Assembly: GCA_963737635.1 (NCBI GenBank)
Contig: CAVTTL010000001.1
Coordinates: 640,001 to 704,000 of the forward strand
From: an uncultured Methanoregulaceae archaeon
GTDB lineage: Archaea > Halobacteriota > Methanomicrobia > Methanomicrobiales > Methanospirillaceae
DNA length: 64,000 bases
Direction: 5' to 3'
The notes under the pieces: model-generated
Seen by the model: the letters and a program-made list of their open reading frames with translations, nothing else
Database searches by the model: none
Told to the model about the DNA's origin: nothing
Shown: piece after piece, positions 1 to 10,363 of the stretch
How the letters are laid out: each line of letters begins with the position of its first letter
Position numbering within the stretch: the first letter of the stretch is position 1
Translations under genes and position numbers: made by a program

Positions 1-226
1 AAGGTGGGCTCCGAGATCCCCGAAGATCTTCGTGACCTCATGATAAAAGCGCTCGGGCTGCGGAAGCACTTGGGAGACAACGCTAAGGACCTGCACAACA
101 AAAGGCAGCTCCACCTTGTCGAAGCCAAGATCCGCCGTCTCGTGAAGTACTATACCGGCACCAAAAAGCTGCCCGCAGACTTCACCTACAGAGCCGGAGA
201 ACGCTGAGATCCTATTGTCCAGATAA
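1..226 (+). CDS. rps15: 30S ribosomal protein S15 (uS15), 5'-partial; apparent +1 frameshift near 191
   Basis: [41 protein letters not shown] is the archaeal S15 signature. Removing one base near 191 restores the C-terminus [12 protein letters not shown] (TAA 224-226). Confidence 0.93.
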
Positions 227-253
227 CTACAGATATGTCGTTCAAGGGTGCCC

Positions 254-1471
254 ATGTCGCTTGAAGAAGCCGCAAAAACCGTCGCGGATCAGATCCGCCG
301 TCAGCAGTTCGTTGAAGTGTACGCACACCATGATGCCGACGGTATCGCAGCTGGTGCTATTCTCTGCCATGCGATGCTCAGGGCGGGCATACAGTTCCGG
401 ATGAGAGTCTGCGCCGAAGTCCCTTCCGCCAGTCTTTCCCACGACACGGCCTCGCTTCTGTGCGATCTTGGGTCCGGCAGGGAGGATCTGCCCCCGGAAA
501 CGATGGTGGTGGACCACCACCTGCCAGTGTTTTCCGGCCAGTTCCATGTAAACCCCAGGCTTGAAAAGATCGATGGCGACCGGGAGCTTTCCGCCGCCGG
601 CGCTGCATATCTCGTCGCCCAGGAAATAGGGGACAACCGCGATCTTGCCGGCCTCGTCATACCCGGTATCATCGGCGACAGCCAGGAATTTGCCGGCAAA
701 AACCTTGAGATCTTCAACGAAAGCGTTGCAAACGGGATCATTGTCCCAGACAAGGGCGTGACCCTTGCCGGCCGCGACATGACAGAGAAGTGGTTGCTCG
801 CAACCCGCCCGTATCTCGACGGTATCAGCGGCGACGATTCGGCCGTCGCTGACCTGCTCTCCGGGGCACTAGGAGAAAAGGGCCTGCGCACCGATGTTCT
901 GATGAGCCTTGCAGTGCTTAAGTCCTCACCAGATACACCCGCTGACAGCCTTATGCTGCTCTACGGTGACACCATCCACCTCCAGCGCGAAGTAATTGAG
1001 GATGCCCATGCTCTTACTGCCGTTATTGACGCCTGCGGCAAATCCGGCCATGGCGACCTTGCAGTTGCACTCTGCCTACGGTCATCGGCCGAGATCGGCG
1101 ACGCTTGGGAAGCCGCCCGGAGGCATTACCTCGCAGTGATCAGTGCGCTCAAAACGGTGCACACTGTACAGGGTAGCGATGCGATCTATGAGTGTGGGGA
1201 TGCATCCCTTGCAAGTGATATTGCCGATGTACTCGCCAGGGACCGGGTGCACCTGACACCGGTGCTCGTCTATGCACGCACCGGGGAAGACTGCCGGGTC
1301 TCGGTACGTCTGCCCCATAACGTCAGGGGCGATCTCGGACCGCTTGTGCGGAACCTCGCCGCAGCATGTGGCGGAAACGGCGGAGGTCACCATACAAGGG
1401 CAGGGGCAACTATTCCTTGTGATCGGTTGGAGGCATTCGTGAAGGGATGGCAGGAGGGGATAACTGCATGA
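254..1471 (+). CDS. DHH/DHHA1 family phosphoesterase (RecJ-like)
   Basis: HHDADG, DLG, VVDHH and C-terminal GGGH motifs; conserved rps15-DHH-pcc1-rps3ae context. Confidence 0.88.
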   Translation: MSLEEAAKTVADQIRRQQFVEVYAHHDADGIAAGAILCHAMLRAGIQFRMRVCAEVPSASLSHDTASLLCDLGSGREDLPPETMVVDHHLPVFSGQFHVNPRLEKIDGDRELSAAGAAYLVAQEIGDNRDLAGLVIPGIIGDSQEFAGKNLEIFNESVANGIIVPDKGVTLAGRDMTEKWLLATRPYLDGISGDDSAVADLLSGALGEKGLRTDVLMSLAVLKSSPDTPADSLMLLYGDTIHLQREVIEDAHALTAVIDACGKSGHGDLAVALCLRSSAEIGDAWEAARRHYLAVISALKTVHTVQGSDAIYECGDASLASDIADVLARDRVHLTPVLVYARTGEDCRVSVRLPHNVRGDLGPLVRNLAAACGGNGGGHHTRAGATIPCDRLEAFVKGWQEGITA

Positions 1472-1719
1472 CACAGGTACACGGTCTCATCACAACGATT
1501 CATGCAGATGCTTCCCGCGTGGCCTCGTCCCTGGCACCGGATAACCTCATGAGTATGGTTACTACCGCAGACGGCGACAGAGTCACAACGGTGATCGAGG
1601 GGTCGCAGATCCGGTCGATCATTGCATCTGTGGACGACTATCTGATGAATCTGGCAATTGCGGATGAAACAACATCGCTCCCTTACCACAAACAGGGAAC
1701 AGAGGAAAAGAAAAACTAA
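1468..1719 (+). CDS. pcc1: KEOPS complex subunit Pcc1
   Basis: ASSLAPDN ... IRSIIASVDDYLMNLAIA; ATGA overlap with the DHH gene; synteny. Confidence 0.8.
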   Translation: MTQVHGLITTIHADASRVASSLAPDNLMSMVTTADGDRVTTVIEGSQIRSIIASVDDYLMNLAIADETTSLPYHKQGTEEKKN

Positions 1720-1737
1720 AAATCCAGAGTTGATACC

Positions 1738-2343
1738 ATGGCAAAGAAAAAACAGGTTGGAAGAAGAGTTGAAGGCTGGAAAGCCAAGAGCTGGTTCAAG
1801 GTATACACGCCCGATAACCTCGGCAAGGCGTATATCGGTGACACCGTTGCAAATGATATGGAGACCGTCAAGGGGAGGATCATGCAGTCCACTCTCGGCG
1901 AGATCACCAATGACTACGCCAAGCAGCATATCAAGATGAGCTTTAAGATCGCCGAGGTTACCGGGGATGCCGCATACACTGAGTTTGTCGGTCATGAAGT
2001 AACCCGCGATTACTTACGGTCCCTGGTCAAACGCCGCAGCTCCCGGGTGGACTGCCATGTGCAGATCGTCACTAAAGACAACAAGAAGGTCCGGCTCACG
2101 ATCAGCTGCTATACCTTTGCACGGGCAAATATCGCGCAGGAACATGCACTCAGGAACGCAATCATGGCAAGCCTCGCCACGCAGGCACAAGCGTGGGATC
2201 TGACGACACTTGTAAACGGGATCGTCTCGGGTGAAATCTCCCGCGACCTTTTCAAAGTCGTAAAGACCCTCTACCCCACCCGCCGTGTCGAGATCATCAA
2301 ATCAAAGGTTGAGCAGGTCGCAGCACCGGTTTCGACCAAGTAA
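1738..2343 (+). CDS. rps3ae: 30S ribosomal protein S3Ae (eS1)
   Basis: WKAKSWFKVYTP, GHEVTRDYLRSLVKRRSSRVD, YPTRRVEIIKS. Confidence 0.96.
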   Translation: MAKKKQVGRRVEGWKAKSWFKVYTPDNLGKAYIGDTVANDMETVKGRIMQSTLGEITNDYAKQHIKMSFKIAEVTGDAAYTEFVGHEVTRDYLRSLVKRRSSRVDCHVQIVTKDNKKVRLTISCYTFARANIAQEHALRNAIMASLATQAQAWDLTTLVNGIVSGEISRDLFKVVKTLYPTRRVEIIKSKVEQVAAPVSTK

Positions 2344-2472
2344 ATTTTTTTACCCTTTCTGAACTTCTCTACAGGGCCTGAAGGACGCTTATTTTAACCG
2401 GCGTATGCCATTTTCCGCTGCGATAAAAACCGGGAAACATAATTAATCCGCGCGTCCAACCATTCTTTAAGA

Positions 2473-3708
2473 ATGACCGCTCGAAAGATCCTGTTACTCA
2501 TTATTGATGGATTATCCGACCGGCCCTGCCCGGAACTGGACAACCTGACTCCTCTCGAAGCGGCTCACCATCCTGTGCTCAACCATCTGGCTGCAGGAGG
2601 TGTATGTGGAATCATGGATACGATAGCGACCGGCATCCGTCCCGGGTCTGACACAGCACATCTCGCTCTTTTGGGTTACGACCCCCATAAGTACTATACC
2701 GGCCGTGGCCCTCTCGAATGCGTGGGCTCGGGCATCGCGATGGAACCGGGCATGATCGGTTTCCGGTGCAACTATGCGACCGTCTCGTCGACCGGACTCG
2801 TTACTGACCGTCGTGCAGGGCGGATCCACGATACCTCAGCTCTCTCCCGGGCGGTCCAGGAGGGGGTCGATCTTTCGGAGTTTGGTGTAGAGTTTGTATT
2901 CAGGTCAGGAGCCGGTCACCGGGCAGCTCTCGCCCTCAAAGGAGTGGGACTCGGCCACTGTGTCTCCTCGAACGACCCAAAAAAGGATCATGTGGCTCCT
3001 CTCACCATCACACCGGTCAAAGATTGTGTACAGGACAAGAAAACAGCGGATGTCTGTAACGAATTCGTGCGGCAGTCAAAAAAGATCCTCCTTAACCACC
3101 CAGTAAACCGGGAGCGTAGCGCTCAGGGCCTGAGCCCGGCAAACATTATTTTGATGCGGGGGGCCGGCGAGATGGGGAACTTCGAGCCGTTCAACAAAAA
3201 GTACCAGCTGTCAGGAAGCGTTATTGCAGCTGCAAGCCTGATCTCCGGGATCGGTACAGCAGTCGGCCTTGCCCAGATCCCGGTCGAAGGGATCACCGGA
3301 TCGCAGGACAGCAATATCAAAGGAAAGATCACGGCAGCTATAAAGGAGCTTACAAGAAGGGATTTTGTGCTCGTCAACATCAAGGGGGCCGACGAATCGG
3401 GCCATGACGGTCTCGCCGATCAGAAAAAAACCTTCATCGAAAAAGTCGACGCTCAGCTCGAACCTCTTCTCAATCTGAGGGATACTATCATCGTCGTCTG
3501 CGCCGATCATTCCACACCCTGCGCAATAAAGGATCACAGCGCAGACCCGGTGCCGGTGCTGATCTACGGGGAAGGTGTGAGGGTGGATGAAGTAAAGGCG
3601 TTCGGGGAGCGATCGTGTGCACAGGGCGGCCTCTGCCGGATCACAGGTGCAGGATTGTTGCCCATTGCACTTGACCTGATAAACAAGGCACACAAGTACG
3701 GGGCATGA
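2473..3708 (+). CDS. apgM: 2,3-bisphosphoglycerate-independent phosphoglycerate mutase
   Basis: DGLSDRP, PGSDTAHLALLGY, YTGRGPLE, DESGHDG, ADHSTP, HSADPVP. Confidence 0.95.
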   Translation: MTARKILLLIIDGLSDRPCPELDNLTPLEAAHHPVLNHLAAGGVCGIMDTIATGIRPGSDTAHLALLGYDPHKYYTGRGPLECVGSGIAMEPGMIGFRCNYATVSSTGLVTDRRAGRIHDTSALSRAVQEGVDLSEFGVEFVFRSGAGHRAALALKGVGLGHCVSSNDPKKDHVAPLTITPVKDCVQDKKTADVCNEFVRQSKKILLNHPVNRERSAQGLSPANIILMRGAGEMGNFEPFNKKYQLSGSVIAAASLISGIGTAVGLAQIPVEGITGSQDSNIKGKITAAIKELTRRDFVLVNIKGADESGHDGLADQKKTFIEKVDAQLEPLLNLRDTIIVVCADHSTPCAIKDHSADPVPVLIYGEGVRVDEVKAFGERSCAQGGLCRITGAGLLPIALDLINKAHKYGA

Positions 3709-3739
3709 TGCAAATGAAAAGGGTACTCGCGGGGGATCG

Positions 3740-4585
3740 ATGAGAGGGGAATCGGTAAAAAACTGGCACAGGCACTGCCTCCTTCCTGACGGAACGGAGC
3801 TCCAGGAACACAGCATCAAGACCGACCGGGATATCGTCGTCGGGGAGTTCTGCCAGATCGATTACGGGCTGCGGGGCGCAGACGTCTACGTGGGCGAGTC
3901 GACCAAGATCCGCGAGTATGTCTGGGCTAACGGCGACGCACGGATCGGCAATCTCTGCGAGATAGGGAGCGATGTCGTCGCAAAACAGGACGCGTATATT
4001 GGCGAGGGTGTGAAGATTGCCGGCAAGCTCGTGGTGAACGGGGCGCTCGATATCGGAGAAAAAGTGGAAATTGGAGAAGGATTTGAAGCAACCGGTGAGA
4101 TTGCAGTACGAAACCCGATGCCGGTGCTGGTCTTCATCCTCATCTACCTCATGACAATGCTCAGGATAGAAAACGAGAGGGAACTCGACCGGATCCTTGA
4201 CAACCTTTTTACCGGGGATGAGGGAAAAGTGGAAGTGCCGCTCATGATCCCCGCCCGTTCACGGCTGAACATGAAGGTCTTCTCGGTCCCGTCTACGATG
4301 AAGATAGGGAGAAAATGCCGGCTGCACGGTAATATTCGCGCCGGTTCGATCGATGTTCTCGAAGGAACGGTTATATTCGGCAGCCTGAGATCAAGAGGCC
4401 CGGTCCGCGTCGCCGGCGGCGTAACGGTACATGGAAATGTCGAGAGCAGCGGGAAAGTGTACGTGAAAAAAGGCGCCCATATCCTCGGAGATGTGATCGC
4501 AAAGGAGATCTTCCTCCACGAAGATGCCAAGATCGACGGGATCATCGAAGCCCCCCATGGAATGCACATCGGGTGGGAGGGATAA
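3740..4585 (+). CDS. Beta-helix repeat protein (polymer-forming cytoskeletal/bactofilin-like)
   Basis: Two blocks of I/V-G-x repeats separated by a hydrophobic segment (RNPMPVLVFILIYL). Confidence 0.65.
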   Translation: MRGESVKNWHRHCLLPDGTELQEHSIKTDRDIVVGEFCQIDYGLRGADVYVGESTKIREYVWANGDARIGNLCEIGSDVVAKQDAYIGEGVKIAGKLVVNGALDIGEKVEIGEGFEATGEIAVRNPMPVLVFILIYLMTMLRIENERELDRILDNLFTGDEGKVEVPLMIPARSRLNMKVFSVPSTMKIGRKCRLHGNIRAGSIDVLEGTVIFGSLRSRGPVRVAGGVTVHGNVESSGKVYVKKGAHILGDVIAKEIFLHEDAKIDGIIEAPHGMHIGWEG

Positions 4586-4590
4586 AACCC

Positions 4591-5427
4591 GTGAACGCTG
4601 CGGCAATACTCGAAGTGAACGAGATCATGTTCATCGAGCCATCATTTGCCGCACTGTCTAATCCACTCTATACTGATCTGCTGGCTACAGATAACGGGGA
4701 TGAGGCGCGGATGCTCGTGGATGAGAACAGTGACCCAATCGCGGTCGCTTTCCATGAGAAGTCCGGATGGATTGCAGGCTCATTTCTCTGCCGGCACCCA
4801 AGCATCGCCCTGATCGATGCATTCGAGCAGGTAAACGGCGAGATCTACCAGGATGACCGGGCGATCTGGGAGGCGGCAGTCCGGGAATATTTTTCCCTGC
4901 AGCTGGCCGGGGAAGTACCAGCTGCGATGGAGGATCTCAACCCGGCCCGGAAGAGTATTCTCGCGGATGTTATCGCAGGAGTCTGGGGGAAGGGATCGAA
5001 CGAGACCTGCATTGACTGCGGCTGCGGCTCCGGTGTCGGTTCCTTGGTGCTCCGGGAGCTCGGGTATACCCCCCTCTCGTACGACAACGATCCGGCACTT
5101 CTTACACTCGGTTTGGAAAAGAGCCGGCTGCTTCCGGGTGAAACGATGTGCATCGATGCCACGCAGGTCTTTGCATATACCAGACCAGTGCCCAAAGGTA
5201 TCGGGATCATGATGGGGGAGATCAATTCCTTCTCAGCCGATATGTGGCACCAGATAGCGGCCGGGCTCTTTTCCGTGACAAAGGAGACGCTTATCACGGT
5301 GGGCACTGAACCGGAAGCACTCCTTATTATGGAATGGGGCAGCGAAGCCGGTCGTACCGTTGAAATTCAGGAAAATTCCGGCGATCCTTTCTACGACCAC
5401 TGGGTCTGTGTGGCCCGGGGGAAGTAA
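4591..5427 (+). CDS. Hypothetical protein with class I SAM-dependent methyltransferase-like motif
   Basis: CIDCGCGSGVGS glycine-rich motif; start uncertain (4573 or 4591). Confidence 0.6.
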   Translation: MNAAAILEVNEIMFIEPSFAALSNPLYTDLLATDNGDEARMLVDENSDPIAVAFHEKSGWIAGSFLCRHPSIALIDAFEQVNGEIYQDDRAIWEAAVREYFSLQLAGEVPAAMEDLNPARKSILADVIAGVWGKGSNETCIDCGCGSGVGSLVLRELGYTPLSYDNDPALLTLGLEKSRLLPGETMCIDATQVFAYTRPVPKGIGIMMGEINSFSADMWHQIAAGLFSVTKETLITVGTEPEALLIMEWGSEAGRTVEIQENSGDPFYDHWVCVARGK

Positions 5428-5578
5428 CGATTGCCCAAAAATCCTTATGACGGCCCGAATACACTGAGCCGGTTAACAGGCCGGGACCCGGCATTCCGGT
5501 TCAAACCTGCCGGGCTCTCTATTCCAAGATCTTCCCCGAGATACCCTCGTTTATTAGACGTCTCCTTTCCGTTCACGT

Positions 5579-6334
5579 TCACCCTCCGGGATTTTCAGCC
5601 ACACGGTACAGCCCTTGGGGAACATGGATCACAAATCGTGCACCCACCCCCGGTTCTCCGTTCTCAACAATCGTTATACCCTTGATACTCAGGAGTTCAC
5701 GGATGAGATAGAGACCAAGCCCGGTGTTTTTCCCGTACCCCTTAAGGAAAATTTTTTCTTTGACAGGTGCATCAACGCCACATCCATTGTCTTCGTATAT
5801 CACTCCCAGACCCGGACCCGGCGTTGTTTCTTCTGCGTGAATGGTAATAGTACTCGCCCACTTACCATGCATGAGGGAATTGACGATCAGGTTATAGAAC
5901 ACGCACTCAAACAGAGGATCCGCAGAGATTTCGATCCTGTCTGACCGGTAGTTCACGCGAATCTCTGGTGACAGGGGGATTTTGTCGATTACCCGTTGCA
6001 GAATTGTATCAAGATTCTGCCAGACCGGCTGCTTCATCCCGGTCTCCGGGAAATCCCTCATGAACAGAATCTGCGCCTGCAGGGTTTCAGCAATCCTCTG
6101 TTCCTTTCTGATATACTCCCTGATCTCAGGCGTTGTCTCTTCCAGTTCCGAGAGTGCAAGAAGCCCGTGCAGTGCGGTCAGCTGGTTGAGGATATCGTGA
6201 CAGAGGATACTCTTCAAAAGACGGAGTTCCTTGTTTATCCGTTTTTTCGCATGTTCTGTTCCTGCCGACCGGAACATCCTGCGCTTGGATCTCCGGCCCG
6301 TCCTAACAGGATCAACCGGCCTTTCATGTCTCAT
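5579..6334 (-). CDS. Histidine kinase (HisKA-like + HATPase_c) with no obvious sensor domain
   Basis: HDILNQL H-box, FYNLIVNS N-box, YEDNGCG, F-box, TGLGLY, GARF. Confidence 0.85.
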   Translation of the reverse strand: MRHERPVDPVRTGRRSKRRMFRSAGTEHAKKRINKELRLLKSILCHDILNQLTALHGLLALSELEETTPEIREYIRKEQRIAETLQAQILFMRDFPETGMKQPVWQNLDTILQRVIDKIPLSPEIRVNYRSDRIEISADPLFECVFYNLIVNSLMHGKWASTITIHAEETTPGPGLGVIYEDNGCGVDAPVKEKIFLKGYGKNTGLGLYLIRELLSIKGITIVENGEPGVGARFVIHVPQGLYRVAENPGG

Positions 6335-6451
6335 TTGCGAAAAACCTTCCTTTTTGATAGATCGAACGGTGAAGCATATAATTGTATCACAAAAGAATCC
6401 TTATGTATCACATTATTTCATTAGCCGGCGATACGATTTTCTTCAAGAATT

Positions 6452-6805
6452 ATGCGAGATGAGCATCCGAAAATAAAATTGAATTTTAGGGTTTCATCCA
6501 AAGTATTTGAAAAAATGCAGGCTCTTGTAGATAACGGAGAGTTTGAAGATATTTCGGATGTTATTGTATCGGCTCTCCACCAGCTGCTGGAGAGATCCGA
6601 AAAAAAGGAAGATATCGAAGATATTGTTCTGCACTATCTGGAATCCGAAAAGGGTCGCGAAATGATCCAGACAATTCTTCTCAGGGAAGAACAGCAGCTC
6701 AACGTAGCTGCGACAGGGGCCAGAATACCAACAGCAATCTCTGATATTGAACATACATATACCATAAAGCGCGGGAAAAAAACATCCGTGAAAAGAGATC
6801 GATAA
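6452..6805 (+). CDS. Ribbon-helix-helix (CopG/Arc/MetJ-like) DNA-binding protein
   Basis: KLNFRVS..MQALVDNGEFEDISDVIVSAL pattern. Confidence 0.7.
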   Translation: MRDEHPKIKLNFRVSSKVFEKMQALVDNGEFEDISDVIVSALHQLLERSEKKEDIEDIVLHYLESEKGREMIQTILLREEQQLNVAATGARIPTAISDIEHTYTIKRGKKTSVKRDR

Positions 6806-6924
6806 AAAAAACAGGTTAAATTCAAGCGGTGAATCTTCACCCGCCATATCTAGGAATGCTCTTTTGTAAATACCGGTTCGCCCTTACCGGATGCAACCGT
6901 TTCACCGGCACCGGCCGATTCTCT

Positions 6925-9003
6925 TCACCGCCTCCCGTGCCCTTTTTTGTGCCCGTGCGGCTTTCCGCCTGTGTCTTTTTTCTGTGCCTCTTCCTTTTCC
7001 ATCCCTTCGCTCTCCAGCTCTGCTATAATATCGAGGGAATCGTCCATCCCCCTTACAAGCCGCACGATTTCGAGCAATCGTTCGATGCCGATGAAATGCT
7101 CGGACATCACGCGGGCTAGCGGAGAGAGCTCGATCTTCGTGCCTTTCTTTTGCACGAGCCGATGGGCAACAAGTTCCGGAAGCACCGGTTCAAGGCTCCC
7201 CACCATCATCGTATTGATTCTGATAAGATCCGCTTCTTCGCCACCGCAGGCAACCGCATTTGCCACATACTCCTCAGAGCTTTGTTCGAGATCATGGACG
7301 GGCGCTACTTCCTCCATCTCTCCCTTAAGAAGGCGCATCGCAACTTCTTCCTCGGTAAACGGATTCTCGCGCGAGTAGCTTCCTCCGGGTTCCGCAAGGA
7401 GCACGACTTTCCCGAGGTCATGGAAGTCTGGCCGCCCGGCCCGGCCTGCCATCTGGTTAAATTCCTGGACGGAGAGCCAGTCCCGCCCCATTGCGAGGGC
7501 ATCGAAGATCACCTGCGATGCGGGAAAATCGACTCCCGCCCCAAGTGCCGCCGTAGTCACGACCGCCATCAGCTTGCCGCCTAGGAACTTGGTCTCGACC
7601 TCCCGGCGCTCCTGTGAGGAGAGTCCGGCGTGGTAGGCCGCTGCCCTCATCCCGAGTGCATCGGCGATCGTATGGCACCGGGCACGGGCGTTGGTGAAAA
7701 TGATCGTCTGGCCCCGGAATCCCTTTGAGGAGGTGTTCGTGTACTCCTCGGTTGTCAGCTTCTTGATCGTCGGGATCTTCTGCTTGCGTTCCGTAAAAAG
7801 GAGATATCGTTCCAATGCGACCGGCCGGTCGTCATATCGAACGAGCTGGCAGTTGAGTTTTTTTGCGAGCGTCTTTGGCGATCCGATAGTTGCGGAAAGA
7901 TACAGGAACTGTGCCTGCGGTGCAAGGTACTTGAGCCGGGCGATGAGCCCGTCGAGCCGGTGCCCCCGCTCCGGGTCCTCCAGCATCTGCACTTCATCAA
8001 TGACGACTGTTGCGATGTTTTGCATCTTCTGGCCACACCGGATCATATTGTCCACCCCTTCGTAGGTGCCGACAAGAATCGGGGCCTGCGGGTTCCGGTC
8101 ACCTACCTTCCGTGTCTCGGGAAGGTTAAGACGGGAGACACCAGTCAAAAGTCCGGTCTTTGCGAGGGCGCCATACCGCTCGGTGAACCGCTCGTACTTC
8201 TGGTTTGCAAGGGCTACCAGTGGCACTAAAAAAAGCATCCGGCCCCTCCCGGCAAGATAGTTTTTCATCCCGGCCATCTCGCCAATGAATGTCTTCCCGC
8301 TTGCGGTGGCCGCAACCACGAGAAGATCCTTTCCGTAAAGAAGACCCGCATCAACCGCGAGCTGCTGGGCGGGCATAAGAGCGTCTACCCGTGAGGCGGC
8401 GACAAACTCATGCGGAAGCGGCAGCTCGGTGAGCTTTGCAGTAGCAAGTACCGGGTGGGCATCGATCCGGTCAAAGAGCGCAGACTTCATCGAGAGTTTG
8501 TCGGGCTGGACAAGCGCGAGTACGCGGTCGAGGTTCCGGGTTGATATAAGAAGTTCCTCGAAGTGCCGGAGCGTATCCCGGCCCATATGCCCTATTGGCG
8601 CAAGCTCGCGCCTGAGCTCCCTGCGCCCGCATTCAAGGCAAATCTTCTCGTGTTTGCCAAAGATCACGAAATTGTCCTCGGTAATCGGTGTATACCGGTC
8701 ATCGAGCAGGCAGATCCGGCACGCGTTAACCGTACCGGCCCGGACCTGGAATGCATGCAAAAACTCCTCAAAAAGGGAGTCGGGCCTGACCATCCGGACA
8801 TCCGCTTCGCGAAGCTGGGCAATAAGATCCTTAGAGGGGGTAGCATGGTACTCTTTGCGGGAACCCCAGCGGACCCGGTACCTGACCGGACGGGGCCCTT
8901 TAGGGGTATCAGTCATTTCGGCAATACCGACGCCAAGAACATGCTTCCCATCGTAAAAGAGAAGTTTATAACTGCCTTTGACCGGTTGGACGAGGATCTT
9001 CAT
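6925..9003 (-). CDS. Archaeal SF2 DEAD/DEAH-box helicase with N-terminal Cys-rich domain
   Basis: ATASGKT, DEVQ, SAT, QMAGRAGRP; two CxxC pairs near the N-terminus. Confidence 0.9.
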   Translation of the reverse strand: MKILVQPVKGSYKLLFYDGKHVLGVGIAEMTDTPKGPRPVRYRVRWGSRKEYHATPSKDLIAQLREADVRMVRPDSLFEEFLHAFQVRAGTVNACRICLLDDRYTPITEDNFVIFGKHEKICLECGRRELRRELAPIGHMGRDTLRHFEELLISTRNLDRVLALVQPDKLSMKSALFDRIDAHPVLATAKLTELPLPHEFVAASRVDALMPAQQLAVDAGLLYGKDLLVVAATASGKTFIGEMAGMKNYLAGRGRMLFLVPLVALANQKYERFTERYGALAKTGLLTGVSRLNLPETRKVGDRNPQAPILVGTYEGVDNMIRCGQKMQNIATVVIDEVQMLEDPERGHRLDGLIARLKYLAPQAQFLYLSATIGSPKTLAKKLNCQLVRYDDRPVALERYLLFTERKQKIPTIKKLTTEEYTNTSSKGFRGQTIIFTNARARCHTIADALGMRAAAYHAGLSSQERREVETKFLGGKLMAVVTTAALGAGVDFPASQVIFDALAMGRDWLSVQEFNQMAGRAGRPDFHDLGKVVLLAEPGGSYSRENPFTEEEVAMRLLKGEMEEVAPVHDLEQSSEEYVANAVACGGEEADLIRINTMMVGSLEPVLPELVAHRLVQKKGTKIELSPLARVMSEHFIGIERLLEIVRLVRGMDDSLDIIAELESEGMEKEEAQKKDTGGKPHGHKKGHGRR

Positions 9004-9809
9004 GGGGCAATCAGATCGATGATACTGTACGAGAGGCCGACACCCTCAAGCCTTTTTAAGAAATCCGTAAACTCCTCGTCAACAATCACAATCACGCAGT
9101 CAATACCATGGAACGCTGCCTCGATGACGCCTTCCCGCGCACCGAAGAACAGATCGGGTTTATGCCCTGCGGCCTTGAGGGCAATGTACGCCTCGAGCCC
9201 GACTGCCGCCATCATACCGGCCGGGCGGACAAGGTCCCTTAACTGCTCTAACCGAACCTTGCGTGAACCCCCATGCTGGATACGGGGCACCTTGCAGATG
9301 GTGATGCTTCCTTCCCGGTGCTCAATGATGCCGTTGAGCCGGGCGACACCTACATCTTCGTCCTTTTTTGCATCCGCAACGACCGATCCGGTCGCCGGTT
9401 GCGGCTTCTTTGCTGCGTACAGGAAGCCACCTTTCATAAAGACCCCCACTTCATCGCCTGCCCTGAGATTTTCAGCGGCGATCGCGGTCCAGATAGAAAC
9501 CTGCTGGATGATATCGCGCCGGATATGCCGGGCATATGCCTCCAGCGATTCGGCATTCGCAAGCACCCACTCTATACCAGCTTTTGTGACCTCGTAATTG
9601 CCACGCCCGCTTGCCGAAACCATGCCTTCATCCGTGAGCTCCCGGATGTACTCTGATATTGCCTGAGGCGTAACTCCAAGTTTGGTTGCGATTTCCTGCT
9701 GACGCACCGCGGGCTGGTGCTCGGCGATCTCGACCAGAATCTGTAACCGGGATACTTCACGTTTGCTGCGCAGGATGGAATAGAGGGGATCCTTAGCGTC
9801 CTGTATCAA
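9000..9809 (-). CDS. Winged-helix transcriptional regulator (MarR-like, archaeal conserved)
   Basis: QQEIATKLGVTPQAISEYIREL HTH; overlaps both neighbouring genes. Confidence 0.85.
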   Translation of the reverse strand: MIQDAKDPLYSILRSKREVSRLQILVEIAEHQPAVRQQEIATKLGVTPQAISEYIRELTDEGMVSASGRGNYEVTKAGIEWVLANAESLEAYARHIRRDIIQQVSIWTAIAAENLRAGDEVGVFMKGGFLYAAKKPQPATGSVVADAKKDEDVGVARLNGIIEHREGSITICKVPRIQHGGSRKVRLEQLRDLVRPAGMMAAVGLEAYIALKAAGHKPDLFFGAREGVIEAAFHGIDCVIVIVDEEFTDFLKRLEGVGLSYSIIDLIAP

Positions 9810-10305
9810 GCAGCACCAATCCCTGTCCCTTCACATCAAGATACGGTATCCGTTTTGCAAGACCCCTGATGAACACCGGGCTGACACCGAATTTCCGCGA
9901 GAGATCACTGATAGATGTGTTGCCGTTCCCCAGTTCCGACTCGATCTGGCCGACAACATCGCGGAGGTTTTCGTCGTTTGAAAGCGAGATATAGAGAATG
10001 TCCGAGAGATCCTGAAGGTTGCACTGGAAATTTGCACGGAACTTGTTATAAGTTCCCCGGAATTCCCTCTGTGGTTTCTCGCCGGGTTTTGGCATTCGCC
10101 ATTGTTCCTCGATAAGGTTTCCTTTCTTTAATATCTGGAGGCAGACAGGAACCGCCTCATCTTTTACCTGCGCCTGGAGTTCTTCCACGGTCATCCACGA
10201 TTTGCTGAGCAGTTCATATACCTTCTTAAAGGCAGGACTGTTGAACGTCATGAGGAGCGGAACAAGTTCAACAGGATCGTTAACTATTCGGATATGACCC
10301 GGCAC
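9793..10305 (-). CDS. ArsR-like winged-helix regulator (methanogen conserved)
   Basis: LKKGNLIEEQWRMPKPGEKP plus a C-terminal HTH. Confidence 0.75.
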   Translation of the reverse strand: MPGHIRIVNDPVELVPLLMTFNSPAFKKVYELLSKSWMTVEELQAQVKDEAVPVCLQILKKGNLIEEQWRMPKPGEKPQREFRGTYNKFRANFQCNLQDLSDILYISLSNDENLRDVVGQIESELGNGNTSISDLSRKFGVSPVFIRGLAKRIPYLDVKGQGLVLLDTGR

Positions 10306-10363
10306 GGTAAAAACCCTATAGTTATATGGCGGTGTAATTCAATAAATTTTTGCGGCAAAAATT